DNA from: Pseudovirgaria hyperparasitica
Lineage: Eukaryota
DNA length: 64,000 bases
Assembly (NCBI GenBank): GCA_010093815.1
Contig: ML996576.1
Strand: one strand, 5' to 3'
The notes under the pieces are model-generated. The model was given only the letters and a program-made list of their open reading frames with translations, did not search any database and was not told the origin of the DNA. Positions 26,269 through 38,461 of this stretch are shown piece by piece. Within the stretch, counting starts at the first letter, position 1; every line of letters starts with the position of its first letter. A program made the position numbers and the translations under genes.

Positions 26269-29200
26269 TTATTTGGCCAAAGTCTGGAGCGCAGCCAAAG
26301 ACTCACCAAAAGGAATACTGACAAGGTCCGCAGTCTCACTTGCAACATGCATTGCTTCCTCCACTGCCTTTAACATCCCTCCCTGCCTCATTGCATTTAA
26401 TCCAGAACTGATCCTTCTTCCTAAGATGGCAACCTGCTCGAAAGAGAACAAATCAACGTCATACTCCAGCCGTAAAGTGAGGATTGTGTCACTGATGGCC
26501 GAGAACTCAAACATGATGCCGAACTTCGCGCCCTCGGCCCACGATAGCACTGGCTGTAGTCCATCAATCGGTAATCTGGGACTATCACGGTTGTCGTGGA
26601 ATGTAACCATGGCGTCGAAAAGTGCGTGGTTGGGGTGCTCTGAGCCCGACACTGCAGCGCGCAGCGAATCATCGGAGCTCTGGCGCAGGACCTGCAGGAG
26701 TTGGTCCCATGGCAGGGCGTGCGCGAGTGCTGCTTGCGCAGACGTGTGGACTGAACGGACAAATGAATCGACGTCTGACTCCTTGGCCGGCTTATAGACA
26801 CGAATGGGGAAAGGCTGAAGGAAAAGGCCGACTGTGTTGAGATCTTCCGCCGAGCGGCCAAGATAGGGGGCGCCGAGAACCATATCGGTGTGAGAAGACC
26901 CCTCGATCTGCAGCGCGAGATATACTAGAGACAGAGCGGTCTGATGAAAAGTGACGCCTTGTCGGGAGTGCAGATCCTGCAGGATGGACATGGATTCAAT
27001 GGGAAGCATGTATAATTTTGACGAGCCGGAGTATGATGTACGAGGCCGTGAGAGATAGGGTTTATTGTGGTGCTCGATATCAGTCAAGTATGGGGACCAG
27101 AAAGCCGCCGAGTCCGCTTCTATGGGCATCATCCACTCTGTGTCTGAGTAGAAGCGTTGAGGTCGCGGTAACGTGTCCGCACCATTATATAAAGCGGCGA
27201 CTTCTTGAAGAAGGACCTCGAGAGTCTTCAAATCGCAGATTATGTGACTGATGCAGACTAGAAGCTGTTTCTCTGCCACCAGTACGCGAATCGGATAGTC
27301 GCTTGAGAGATCGAACTCGGTGTTGATGGCTTTTCGCAAGAGGAAGGAATCTACGGCCAAAACCTGGGGCGGCTTCTCGAATAGCAAACGTTGGACAACG
27401 TTTCCTCTCTGCCTGAACATTGATCGAAGAATGTCATACCTGGATAGAACAGTATTGAAAGCCGTGATAAGGCAGTCTCGATCAAGTTTTGAATCGTCGA
27501 GGTCACAAAGGTAGGAAACATTGAATGCTGAGGATCCCAGATCAGCCTGGTACTTCATGAACCAGTCACGCTCGATGGGGGACACGCTACTTTGTCCAAG
27601 TCTCGCGGAAACTGACCCATTATGAGATTTGGACAAGCGACGTGCACCTTTACCCATAATGACCCTCGCCATATCGGATAAGACTGGGTTCTGGATGACG
27701 CTCCGGATATTGACACGTTGCCTGAGTACTGAAGACAAGCGACTGGCGAGCTGAAGCTGTAAGATGGAATGTCCACCCAGTGAAAGGAAATTGGAGTCCT
27801 TGTGTATTTGAATGTCTCGATCCATCTTGAGGACGATGCGCCATACGTCTGCGATGATCTTTTCTGTGGGTGTGAGGACAGTCGACCCTAGTGTCGTTCG
27901 CTCCTTTTGTTCCAGCAAATCAAGAGCTTTGTAGTCAAGTTTGCCAGCAGAGGTAAGAGGGAAGTTCTTGAGGCGAATAATATGTCTCGGCATGGCGTAA
28001 GGAGGCAGTTCCTTTGCGAGATTCGACTTAATCGATGCTACGGTGGCAGTGGTAGTCCGAATGGCAGCGATCAGATAATCCTTGCGTTGAAAGATAGCAA
28101 CGCCATCGCACATTGGAAGCACTCTCGCTGCTCTAACCTCGAGATCATGTAAATCAAGTCGGTAACCGCGCAGCTTGATCTGACGATCGTTGCGGCCTAA
28201 TAAATGAATCTCACCAGTCGCAGGTTCGAAATATCCCAGGTCCCCTGTTCGATACATTTTTTCATTACTCTCAGGCAAAACTGCGTCGAGGAGAAACCGA
28301 GCTGCATTTTGCTCAGGTAGACCAATATATCCCTTCGAGACCTGTACACCAGCCAAGAATACCTCGCCAACAGCACCGGGAGGTAAGACTTGCAAGTTGC
28401 GGTCCAGGATATAGAGCCGCGAAGAGGGATTGGGATGCCCTAAGTTTACGCATTGGTCTGGGAGTAGTCGTTTGATTGTTGCCCCGCATGTAGCCTCTGT
28501 GGGTCCATACATATTATACAAAGATAGCTTCTTGCCCCATGTGTTGCAGACGGATTGCGGCACTTGTTCGCCGACGAGATATACCTATGGGTAACATTTT
28601 AGTCAGGCACAACATGATCTGGACAGGTAGGCTCACATTTTGGAGACTAGGAAAGTCGTGAGGCTCCAGTACTTTTGCAATTGACGGAGTCAGGATTGTA
28701 GATTGACTTTCACGCAAGTGCCCAAATGGATCTTCGGCATTGATTGGAGCAAGTCTTAGCGTCGCACCATAGCTCAGGGCAGAGAAGATCTCGTGGATAC
28801 TTCCATCAAAGACAGGGGACATGACCTGGGCCACAGTCACCCCAGGAGCGGCGAAAAGGCGCACTTGTTCATCTTTTTGGAAGGCGACGAGGCCCTTGTG
28901 AGTGCATCGGACAGCTTTGGGCTGACCTGTGGAGCCAGAGGTGAAGCACACATAAGCGAGACGGTCTGGTTGAGGCGAGCGTCGCCTAGCGAATGGCTGT
29001 CCACTGACGACACTGCGGTTGTAGGCTTGGACATTGCATGTGTCTGTCGGTGTTACGGACGAGAGAATCTCATCAATATATAGGAGCTGAGGCGCCGGCG
29101 CGTCTTCGGGACTCGTAGGACTATTTTTAACATATTCGATGTCCCCATTGCCTCGTCCGGGTATCAAAAAGACGCGTGCACCACTGCGCTTCAGGTTCAT

Positions 29201-31233
29201 TCCTCGCAGTTCTGCTGGCGCCGAAGGATCAAGTGGCGTATAAACTCCTATGGACGGCAAGCAAGTCAGCTACAATGATAATCTTCTTCAATAGATGGAG
29301 TCATCATCTTGGACGCACCTTTCGCCTTCAGGATCCCATATATGGCAATCAGCCAGTTGATGGATCGATCTGCATACACGCAAACGCATTCCTCCGGTTC
29401 GATAAAAGCAAGCGTATGTGCCACAGCGCCTGCAGCCTGGTCAAATTCACGATACGTCAATTCTACGCGACCTCGTGCGATCGCTATGCCTTCTGGGTTG
29501 CTTTCAACTGCCTTTTCAAAGAGCGTCACCAAGTCTTCATGTTTCGAATCATCAAACGTCTCTACAGAGAAGCAATTGCTCCACTCCATTACGTTCTTGA
29601 CCGCTCTGGCAGGAAGCAGGCTGTCAAGGCAGCTCAGCAGGGGGTTACTGGTCTTGAGAAGTGCGTGCATGCTTTTCAAATAGACCTCGCCTAAGAGCTT
29701 CATGTCATTCCACTCATAGTAGCTCGAATTGAAGATGAGCCGAACTTGACCATGTCCTTCGACGATGATGGACAGAGGAATGTCCGATTCCATCTCAAAC
29801 TTCCGCGGAGCAGGACTGTCGGTGAAGTCTGATGCCTCATCATCATTGCTAAATTGCATGGCAAGGACAGATGAGAATTGACGATCGACCCCATCTTCGA
29901 TGCTGGACGACGAAAACTGATTCAGATCTTGCATCTTCTGAGAGACGTCATGTACTAATGACTGAGCATTCAAGGCCGCATCAACAGCGACAAACAATGG
30001 CAGAGTATTGATCAAAGGCCCAACCACTTCGAATATTCCGTCGACGGGCAAGTCTCGCCCTGACATAACGATGCCAAAGCAAACTTGGTTGCTGTTCGTA
30101 TACTTGCTCAAGGTCAACGCCCAAGCTGCCGAGTAATAAGCTGCAGGTGTGAAGCCATTTGCCTTGCTAATCGCTAACAGACTTTCGTCAGGAAACTGTA
30201 CTGTCAAGCTTTCCGTTCGGCCGGGCTGTGTTCCTGAAAGCCGCTGCGGTGATAGAACCAGTTGACGGGCTGCTGATGCGAACTGCTCGTGCTGTTTGTC
30301 CCAGAACTCGCGTGCTGCGTCTTTATTAGACATCTGTATATCTTTGATCTGCCTCACTATAGCGCCAAAGTGGGGGCCTGCGCGGATCTCCTCGCCTCTC
30401 AGAACGTCGCGGACTTTGTTTCGAATGAGCTGGATGGAATAGCCGTCGATGAACGCGTGGTGGACCCTCCAGACTGTGATAATCTTGTTAGGCTCTGCTC
30501 CAATCGGTCCATCGATCGTCACTATGTCGAACGATGAAATAGATCCGTCGACTTCCGGTTGTCGGCTCATCTGCTCGTCGAACGCTTCTTCGTCCGGGAC
30601 ATGCAACTCTCGCCATCGAAAAAGGGCATTTGGTGCGACAGCCATTCCCTGCAACAGTTCTGAAAATATGGGTTCAGACTGCACAACACGCTCCCACGCA
30701 AGTTTGATGGCCTCTAAGCTCTGGCCTTTGAACGCGTCCTGGATGGTAAGGACATTAAGAGAAGGGGTTCGTAAGCTTCCGCGTAATAACAAGAGTTGCA
30801 ACTCTGTTAGGCTCTCATTATGATGCCCATTTAGGATATCCTCTGCAGTGATTATGTCATGCGCAGAGCCGTCCAGGGCCTTCGCTGGCGTTATGTTCAC
30901 ATGATCTGAACCAAGCTCTGGCGAAGAGAAGTCGATCGCCGCATAGGGGTCTGGTGTAGGGGGCGCTGTTATCGGTGCTGGAGCTGCCAGTGATACCAGC
31001 TCATCGAGCCGCTTCGCACGAAGTATGGCGCCTGTGGGGAGCAAGAGTCCATTTTTGTGACAATGTGCGGCAACCTTGATGGCTGATAGGGAATCGCCCC
31101 CTAGAGCGATAAAGTTGCTGTCGTCCAATACATGCGATTCCGGTACCTCAAGGATGGTCGATATAGCCTTAGATATCAGGCTTGGCACATGTAGGCCGGC
31201 AAAAGGGACATGTAGTGAGTTCTTGATGTCCAT
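26269..31233 (-). CDS. NRPS with T-C-A-T-C architecture (AtaP/AclP-type ETP-family diketopiperazine synthetase), ~1613 aa
   Basis: T1 FIALGGDSL; C1 HHAFIDGYS; A core motifs FTSGSTGQPK, YNMYGPTE, YRTGD, GRNDRQIKLRGYR and AGKLD; T2 FLSLGGHSI; terminal C SHIICD; introns 29248-29318 and 28585-28636 restore one frame. Confidence 0.92.
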
Positions 31234-31584
31234 AGTCGAGGTTTGAGATTTGAACTAGCGAGACCCAATCTTCAGCATGCAGGTGCGTATCTATAACTTA
31301 CAAGGGAAACCCTTCTTCGCAGGAACTTCAGCGGAGCTGGATAGGTGCAGATACCATCTCCGGCTGAGTGATGCATCCGAGACTAAGGTTCGTTACGTGG
31401 GAGCCACAGACCCCGATCAGTTCCTCGGCGCCTAAAGAGAGCTCAAAATAGTAATACCATACGGAAGACCAAGAATCGACAACTCGCTCAAGGATCTAGT
31501 CCTCGTATCGGCTAATGTGTCAGAAGCTCCGTGTATCGGCCCAATATCATAGCTGACAGGCACCGATAGTACAGCCTCACCGAA

Positions 31585-31595
31585 TCGGCCACCGA
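31585..31595. promoter_or_regulatory. TCGG-N3-CCGA palindrome (GliZ-type consensus) in the NRPS/monooxygenase divergent promoter
   Basis: TCGGCCACCGA, next to a CCTCACCGA variant of the shared motif (31575-31583). Confidence 0.5.
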
Positions 31596-31726
31596 TGGAC
31601 TGTGGTGATGAGGGTCTCACAATTTCACGGTGCATTTTGGACTGACGTGAATGACTTCTATTTGGTACATGAAACCATCTAGACGCAACTTACACTCCAA
31701 ACATTTCCTCTCCATGTTAAGGCAAA

Positions 31727-33023
31727 ATGTCGAGTCCCAAAGTTGCTATTATCGGAGGTACGTATGAGGAATTTTCTATCTAATACGTATGATGCTCTAA
31801 CGCCTAATGTAGCTGGCCCTGCTGGTCTTACTCTCGCCAGTATATTGCATAAAAACTCTATAAATGTCACTTTGTATGATTTAGATGCCGATAGATATTC
31901 CAGAAACAGCGGCGGATCACTTGACATTCACCCTGACTCGGGACAACGAGCATTAAAAGAAGCCGGGCTTTTGGATGAGTTCTTGAAGTACGCACGTCCA
32001 GAGGGAGAAACGCTCCGAATCATCGCTCCAGATGGAACGACATTGATGGACGAAAGCCGAGGTGATGAAGGTCGCCCAGCAGACGAGTTCGCCAACCGTC
32101 CTGAGATTGATAGACGGCAACTACGCAGCATGTTGCTAGATTCTCTGAACGACTCAGTCATTCAATGGAAATCTAAACTGCTACGTGTTGAGGACAATCC
32201 GGGCCAAAAGCTCAAGCTACACTTCGCAGACCGCACCGAGGAGGGCTTCGACTTTGTCATCGGCGCTGATGGCGCGTGGTCAAAAGTTCGCTCTCTTCTT
32301 TCTGACGTGAAGCCCTTCTATTCCGGCGTGGGAGGTCTTGAGTGCCATATCACCGACGCAGATGCAAAGCACCCAATGTTAGCACAGCATGTTGGCAATG
32401 GCATGTGTCTCAATCTTGGCTCTGATAAGGGTATCATGTGCCAACGAAACGGTGATGGTGGCATTCAAGCATACGCATTCGCTCGCCTCCCTGAGACATG
32501 GTATCAAACTTGTGGGATCAGCTTCACGGATCAAACGGCGCGAAAGGCCGTTGCTGATGCTTTGTTCGCCGACTTCAGTGAGAATTTGCAATCTTTGATT
32601 CTGGAGAGTGACGATGACACTGTCGGCCGGCCTCTTTATCAATTACCGGTCGATTTCACCTGGTCGAATAACCCTAGAGTCACGCTTGTCGGAGATGCAG
32701 CTCATTTAATGACACCATTTGCGGGAGTAGGCGTGAATGTGGCCATGCAGGATTCTCTGGAGCTGGCCTTGGAGATCATCTCTGCAAACAAATCTGGATA
32801 CTTTGGAAGTGCACTGGAGAACTACGAGCTCAAAATGTGGAAGCGAGCACGACAGAACGCCGAGCAAACGATGATGTACTTGAACTTGTTCTTCCATCAC
32901 CGCGGCGGTATCGCTATGGTGGAGTACTTTGCAGAGAGGCAGAAAGCCATGAGGCTGAAAGAGGCGCATGGAAAGGACATGGCCAGTGTTCAGACTATTG
33001 AGCAAAAGACAATTGTGGACTAG
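31727..33023 (+). CDS. FAD-dependent monooxygenase, TetX-like group A
   Basis: MSSPKVAIIG|AGPAGL (intron 31758-31812); GGSLDIH, RPEIDR, IGADGAWSKVR and VTLVGDAAHLMTPFAGVGVN. Confidence 0.9.
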
Positions 33024-34883
33024 CTACTTGATACGAGTAGTAGGATCGCTGTTACTCAGCCTGCCGATTGATTAAAAGCCGTGCGCATATTTTAGAAAAA
33101 GCAAAGAAAGAGAACTGAACTCAGAGTCTTTGTTTGATGGAATACCTGCTTCCAGCCAAGCTTCATTAATTCTGTGAAATCTTGACTCCGGACACTGTCA
33201 AATCATGGTTAAGTCTCTGCGGGCTTCCTGGTCAGCTTTGTCTGTAGGTATCACAGCCAATGCTTGGCAAGCAATCGTGATCGGTCTTACTTCTGATGTG
33301 ACTGTCTGCTTCATGTTCCTTGAAACAAAGATCAAATCCTATCCGGATAAATACGATAATCACCCTCCTCACCGACTCGTCAGTGTCACCAGATTTGGTG
33401 AGATATGTCGCCAATATCGGACGCAGTTCCTCCGGTGACACAAAAGGCAGACTCAGAGTCGGCTTGCGTGCTGCTCCGTGTCTCCTTTCTAGACTTGGCC
33501 TGAAACGCTTCATGAAATGATAGCATAAGCGCATGAACAGCGGCCTGGGCGGAACTGTATCCTCATCGTTGTCGTTGCCCTTGACTTTTTGTCAGGTATC
33601 TCGGAAAAGGAGGAGTAGGATAGGGCCAACGTCGCTGTAGCCTGACTATGACGGAGCAGGTCCATGAAAATATTACCTAAGTAATAATGCTCCGTGTCAC
33701 CAATCTGAATCCGGCGTGGTCGTGCTTCGTACAGCGTACATGCAGGGCCTTACTAGGACACCCACAAACACGGGCCTTGGCCATGCGTTCGTTGGTCGCC
33801 TCCGTCGTGCTGGAAATATGCATCCATCAGTGCCCAATTATACTATATGCAGGCAGACTGACAACTGTTTTACGGGGTGCAGTCTAGATTCAGACACACC
33901 GCTAAACTTATAGGACGCGCTTTATGCACATGTATGCTTAGATGCCTAGCGTGCAGATCCGCGGTGAGCAGTCGAACAGTGCTGCGCACCAATGAAGTTC
34001 CAAGGTGTCATACTCAACCACGATGCAGGTGTGTCCCACACCGGATGGATAGTTTGAAATTAAATGCTATCCAAGTGTTTACATAGGTTTTGATCATTCT
34101 AGAGCATGAAGATCGCGAGTCCTTTACGGAGGCCTAGAACGCCATTGGAGAGTACGACAAACCGTTACTCAGGTTGAAATAAGCCCTCATAGCAGCGTAG
34201 CATTATAATGCTATTTCAGGAGTGTGGCTCGATCATGGCGTATTTACACGTGTTTATGCTCTGCACGCTACGAGTTTATGTAAATCAATACGTATTAAAT
34301 CAGAAATAGAATAAAGTCATTGGTTACATCTATTATGAAGAGAGAGAGGGACTCTAAAGTGGAAATAAAGGTTTTAGCTAACTAGCTGCTAGTTCTGATT
34401 AGGCGAGTACGACCCACCACGTCACCAATGACTGTTTATAATACCAACCACACTCATTACGCCCCAAACTCTGTGCTCGATTCCTTGTGGCTCTGACAGT
34501 AGGAACTTCCAAGAACCATACGATTCCTCCTCGTAACTTATGTCGTTCGACTTCTTCCGGAGGATTGCGCTTACAGTCATCAACGTACGCTGACGGGTGC
34601 GTTGCATTCCTACTCCCTCTTGGCGAGTCCAACAACTGAAATAGGACGTTGCGACATAAAGGGTCCGTCAGACATGTTGTCCCTGACAGGTTTGTGGCGT
34701 CGCTACAGTAAACGTTCGAGATTTTCGACTGGGCCATGGTGACGAACTATGCATTCAGCTGCAATAGTAACTAAGATCTGATTGAAAAAGTCGAAAGCTT
34801 TTCATCGTCACGTCTCGCAATGATTTCAAATTCTATACTGTGACCACGTCCATCAGATCCAACCTCGCGCTATCTGTGTCATT

Positions 34884-36059
34884 ATGGACCGCTCAGCGAC
34901 AGCCAACGTAACAGAACTTGGCAGGAAAAAGAGACTTGCCTGCGATAATTGCCATGGTTCAAAGGTAAGATAATAGTAACAGTCTCCATATATGCAGCTG
35001 ATCATATATAAGGTCCGTTGTACCGGGGAACAAGACGGTTGCCAAAGGTGCCGAAAGGGCGGTAAACAATGTCTCTACAGCGAATCAAATATGGGTCGCA
35101 CTATAGGGGACAAGAAAAAGAGGGTTTCCAGATCAAAGATGTCCGGAACAAGCTCTCTGGATACTTCATCTTTCAACTCAACACCGTTATATGGAAGCTT
35201 CGAGCCCGATGCTTTCATGTTCGAAGATCCCTGGAATGTTCCAGGGAGTGCCGGTATACTCGATGACTGGACGTTCTCTGATGACATTCCCAGCTTTGAT
35301 CTCAACGACAGCTTGACTTTCGATGCGAACGCACCACTGGCCTTATATGAGACCTCATCGAGCTCCAACAGCTGTGTAGGAGCAAACGGCGGAAAGACCG
35401 ATACCATGATGTCCGATATTCGCTTTACACCTATGCCGTTGACACCCCAACAAAGCTTAGCCTCTCTCTCCCCTTGTTCTCTTTCTACGCCGGCCTCTAG
35501 TAGAGTTGGAGAGGATCCATGCAGCTTTGATACTCCTACAACAACACCTGAAGTTGGCTCTTGGATTCAGAGGGTAGAGTCTCTGAGCAATAAGTCCACC
35601 ACGAAGGGTCCTCCTCTTGACGAATTACTCCGACTAAGTCAAGCGCTACTTCCAAGCATGAGCAACGTATTAAAATGTCATAATGTCTTCTCAAATCCTA
35701 TATCCACTCTACTACTCGTCATTGTTTGTCTTTCACAGACGCTGACACTCTTCGAGCGATCGTCACACGCATCCGAGCAGGATACTCAGACCAAGGAAAG
35801 GCCTAGCGTCTTACTGCATCTCGGAGGTTTCCAAGTCGACTCAGAAGCACAGAAGATGCTACAGACCCATGTTATGAATAAAGAGCTGTCGAAGATGATG
35901 GAAATTGTTGGTGAAGTGAACAAAGTGGTGCGGGACTTAGGGCTAGCGGAGGATGAAGCTTTGTCAAACACACATGAGTTGTTGCTGGATGACATCAGGG
36001 TACGGATAGAGACTTTGGTGTGTAGCCTGAAGGAAGCCGGAGGTTATTCGAATTTATGA
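34884..36059 (+). CDS. Zn(II)2Cys6 transcription factor (AflR/GliZ-like pathway regulator)
   Basis: ACDNCHGSK|VRCTGEQDGCQRCRKGGKQC across intron 34965-35012; C-terminal LHLGGFQVD. Confidence 0.9.
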
Positions 36060-36586
36060 ATACGATTGGAATCATATATATCTGCAGTACTGTGCTCTTT
36101 AACTTGATTGTAATATAGACTCTAGGATGGGACCCAACAAAAGTATTGTTTACTTCAATACGAAAGCATTGGAATGACACCTGTCCACGATGCTTGAGGC
36201 TGGGCATACACATTATATAATGTTCTATGTAAAAGTACGAGAATAGACTTATGATCAATTACGACAACACCAAAGCGTCCGTTAAAGCAATCGTTAAGCA
36301 CAGTTCAACAAAGTCTATTCTTGATTCTAGATTATGTAGTAGCATAACAAGCGAGCGTCTAATTTCGAATGATCCAATGCTATATTACCTCCAACTGTGT
36401 CGCTCACTCTACTCTTATCACCTTTCACCCTTCTATTTATAACTCTCAATTCAGCTTACAACAATGATGGACATAAAACAAAATCGCGCCAAATACACAC
36501 ACCACATAGAAAAGAATCGCTCTATCTACACCACACGTACCACCGGGTCCAAGCAAGATACGAAAATGGACCTGCAACCCGATCGC

Positions 36587-37388
36587 TTAATAACCATCAA
36601 CAATTTGTCTCTCTGTACGCACCCTCAATCGTGATCTAGCAGGCGACACGGGCTCACGGGCTGCAGTGCCATTACCCTTGTTTTGATAACAGCAATTGAC
36701 ATCTTCCCACTCAGGAGGCACGACCTTAGTAACTCTCTCGCTCGTCTTTCGCTCATCCAACTGGCGAGCTTCACTCAGGGTCTTGACCACCCCTTTTAGT
36801 GCCTCCCGTTGGAAAACACTGAAGCCAGACGGCTGATTGATGCAGCCCCAAGCGCGCCAGTCTACGGCCGTCTCGTGCTCGCTGACCTTTGTGACAGTCA
36901 TGCTGTCCCAGAACCCGTCGAAGATCATTTGGTGGTCGCTTGTATTCCAGTAGAACATTGGCCGGTCAGCTTGTTGCAAGGCGAGATTGAAGGAGCCATC
37001 AGGTTGTGTGGCCATGTTGTAGATTTGCTCGACGAATTCGACACCGTTGGCGGGCATGACGCGAACAGCGCCGGGAGTCAAATCTGTGCCGGAGACACTG
37101 ATGGGGTGCGGGACGCCGATCCAGGCTGTTTGGTGGACTGTGATGGGTTAGATATGGGTTGATACTGCTGAGTTTTAACTTACAGTTCTTCATGATTGCA
37201 CTGACATCCTCGATTTTAGCGCCTAGTGTGATTGTTGAGCGCGATCGTTGGTAGGGCATATCATGGGAACATGTGCATGCGCCTTCGATAGTCTCTTGAG
37301 AGCATGAAGGAGGAGGTGTGTAGCAGACTGGGCTGCTGGACACGAAGTGTGATAGGATGGACAAAGTGATGATGTTTATGAGCTTCAT
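36587..37388 (-). CDS. Secreted protein, possible SRPBCC/START (polyketide cyclase-like) fold, ~251 aa
   Basis: Signal-peptide-like MKLINIITLSILSHFVSS; intron 37138-37183; helix-grip-like pattern ITLGAKIEDVSAIMKNF...W...PGAVRVM...FVEQI...TAVDW. The fold call is inference. Confidence 0.6.
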
Positions 37389-38158
37389 TTTGCTAGAACT
37401 TGAAATCGACTGATACTGTACGTAAAGATACAATGAACGACCTTTCAAGGAAATTGCAAACTTGAGATTCTTTGATTTTTCACTTGCTCGAGAACCGACT
37501 CTTTGTATTTCAATGAACCAGATAACGTCGTTGCCTTCACCCCACCGGCCTGCGCCCTCTCGTGTTGTTCGATGCGCCACTTCGCATCGCCCATTGGAAG
37601 GAGTCTCAGTCATGAAACGGATAGCCTATTTCGAGACTCGTTGAGGCTATGGCTCAGCTCCTCAATGTGCTCATGAGGAGCTCATTTCGTCGAACACGGG
37701 TGATTACGTTGCTATCATGCGATCCTTCGTGTGGGATGACTAGTCTCTCGCCACGTTAAGCCTCGCGGAATGCGTAACGAGTGTGAAAAAACAAAGTTGT
37801 TTGATGGTGGTCAAGAGGTCTTAGATCTCGGTCTAGACTCTAGAGCAAGCCCAACACTGAGCTTGGTCCAGCGCCTTGTCTGTTCAATCGCGCACGGTTC
37901 TGGAGGCTCAAGCCAAAAGCATGGATTGTATAAATGGCAACCACGTGGCAAGCCACACATCCGGCTCGATGGGTCCTAGTGATAAGCCTCGCGAAAAGGA
38001 TTCTCTTTGGATGTAGACATTGTCATTCTGCATTCGATGCCCTGAGTGAGATCCCAAATCGAGAAGCCTTGTTACGAGAGCTGAGAAATCCCGAAGGAGT
38101 GCTGACAAGAGTAAATGTTCCATACTACGCGGACGGTGTGCGAAGCCATAATCTCAAG

Positions 38159-38235
38159 TCGGCGAGGTTTTCTCACAAGGATTAAAACGTGGTCAGCAGG
38201 GTTGTTTGGCGATCGGCGGTTGACAACCTCGCCGA
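38159..38235. promoter_or_regulatory. Inverted pair of TCGGCGAGGTT motifs upstream of the GliC-like P450
   Basis: tcggcgaggtt at 38159-38169 and aacctcgccga at 38225-38235. Confidence 0.5.
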
Positions 38236-38461
38236 CTGCCAAGACTCGCTAGCGGAATGTTGCATGTCTTGCCGAGAACAAAGTGTCGGAGGGTTGAGAT
38301 ACATCACCGTTCAAGGTTTTATGATTGTGTTCTTGGAAGGGCTGTTAACAAGCTTGAGATGAACGCGACCTTCTTTACTTGAGGTTCTCAGCATACTTCT
38401 CGCTACGAACTTCGAAACCCCCTTTTCTCTACCCCTTTTGTCTACCCAGTTCCATAGCACC

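Noticed and set aside
33100..34800. Short ORFs between the FMO and the transcription factor
   Set aside because: No recognisable domain; treated as a long promoter or intergenic region
37934..38185. 83-aa ORF with CRHCHSAFD, resembling an HNH relic
   Set aside because: Too short, no further motifs, and lies in a divergent promoter
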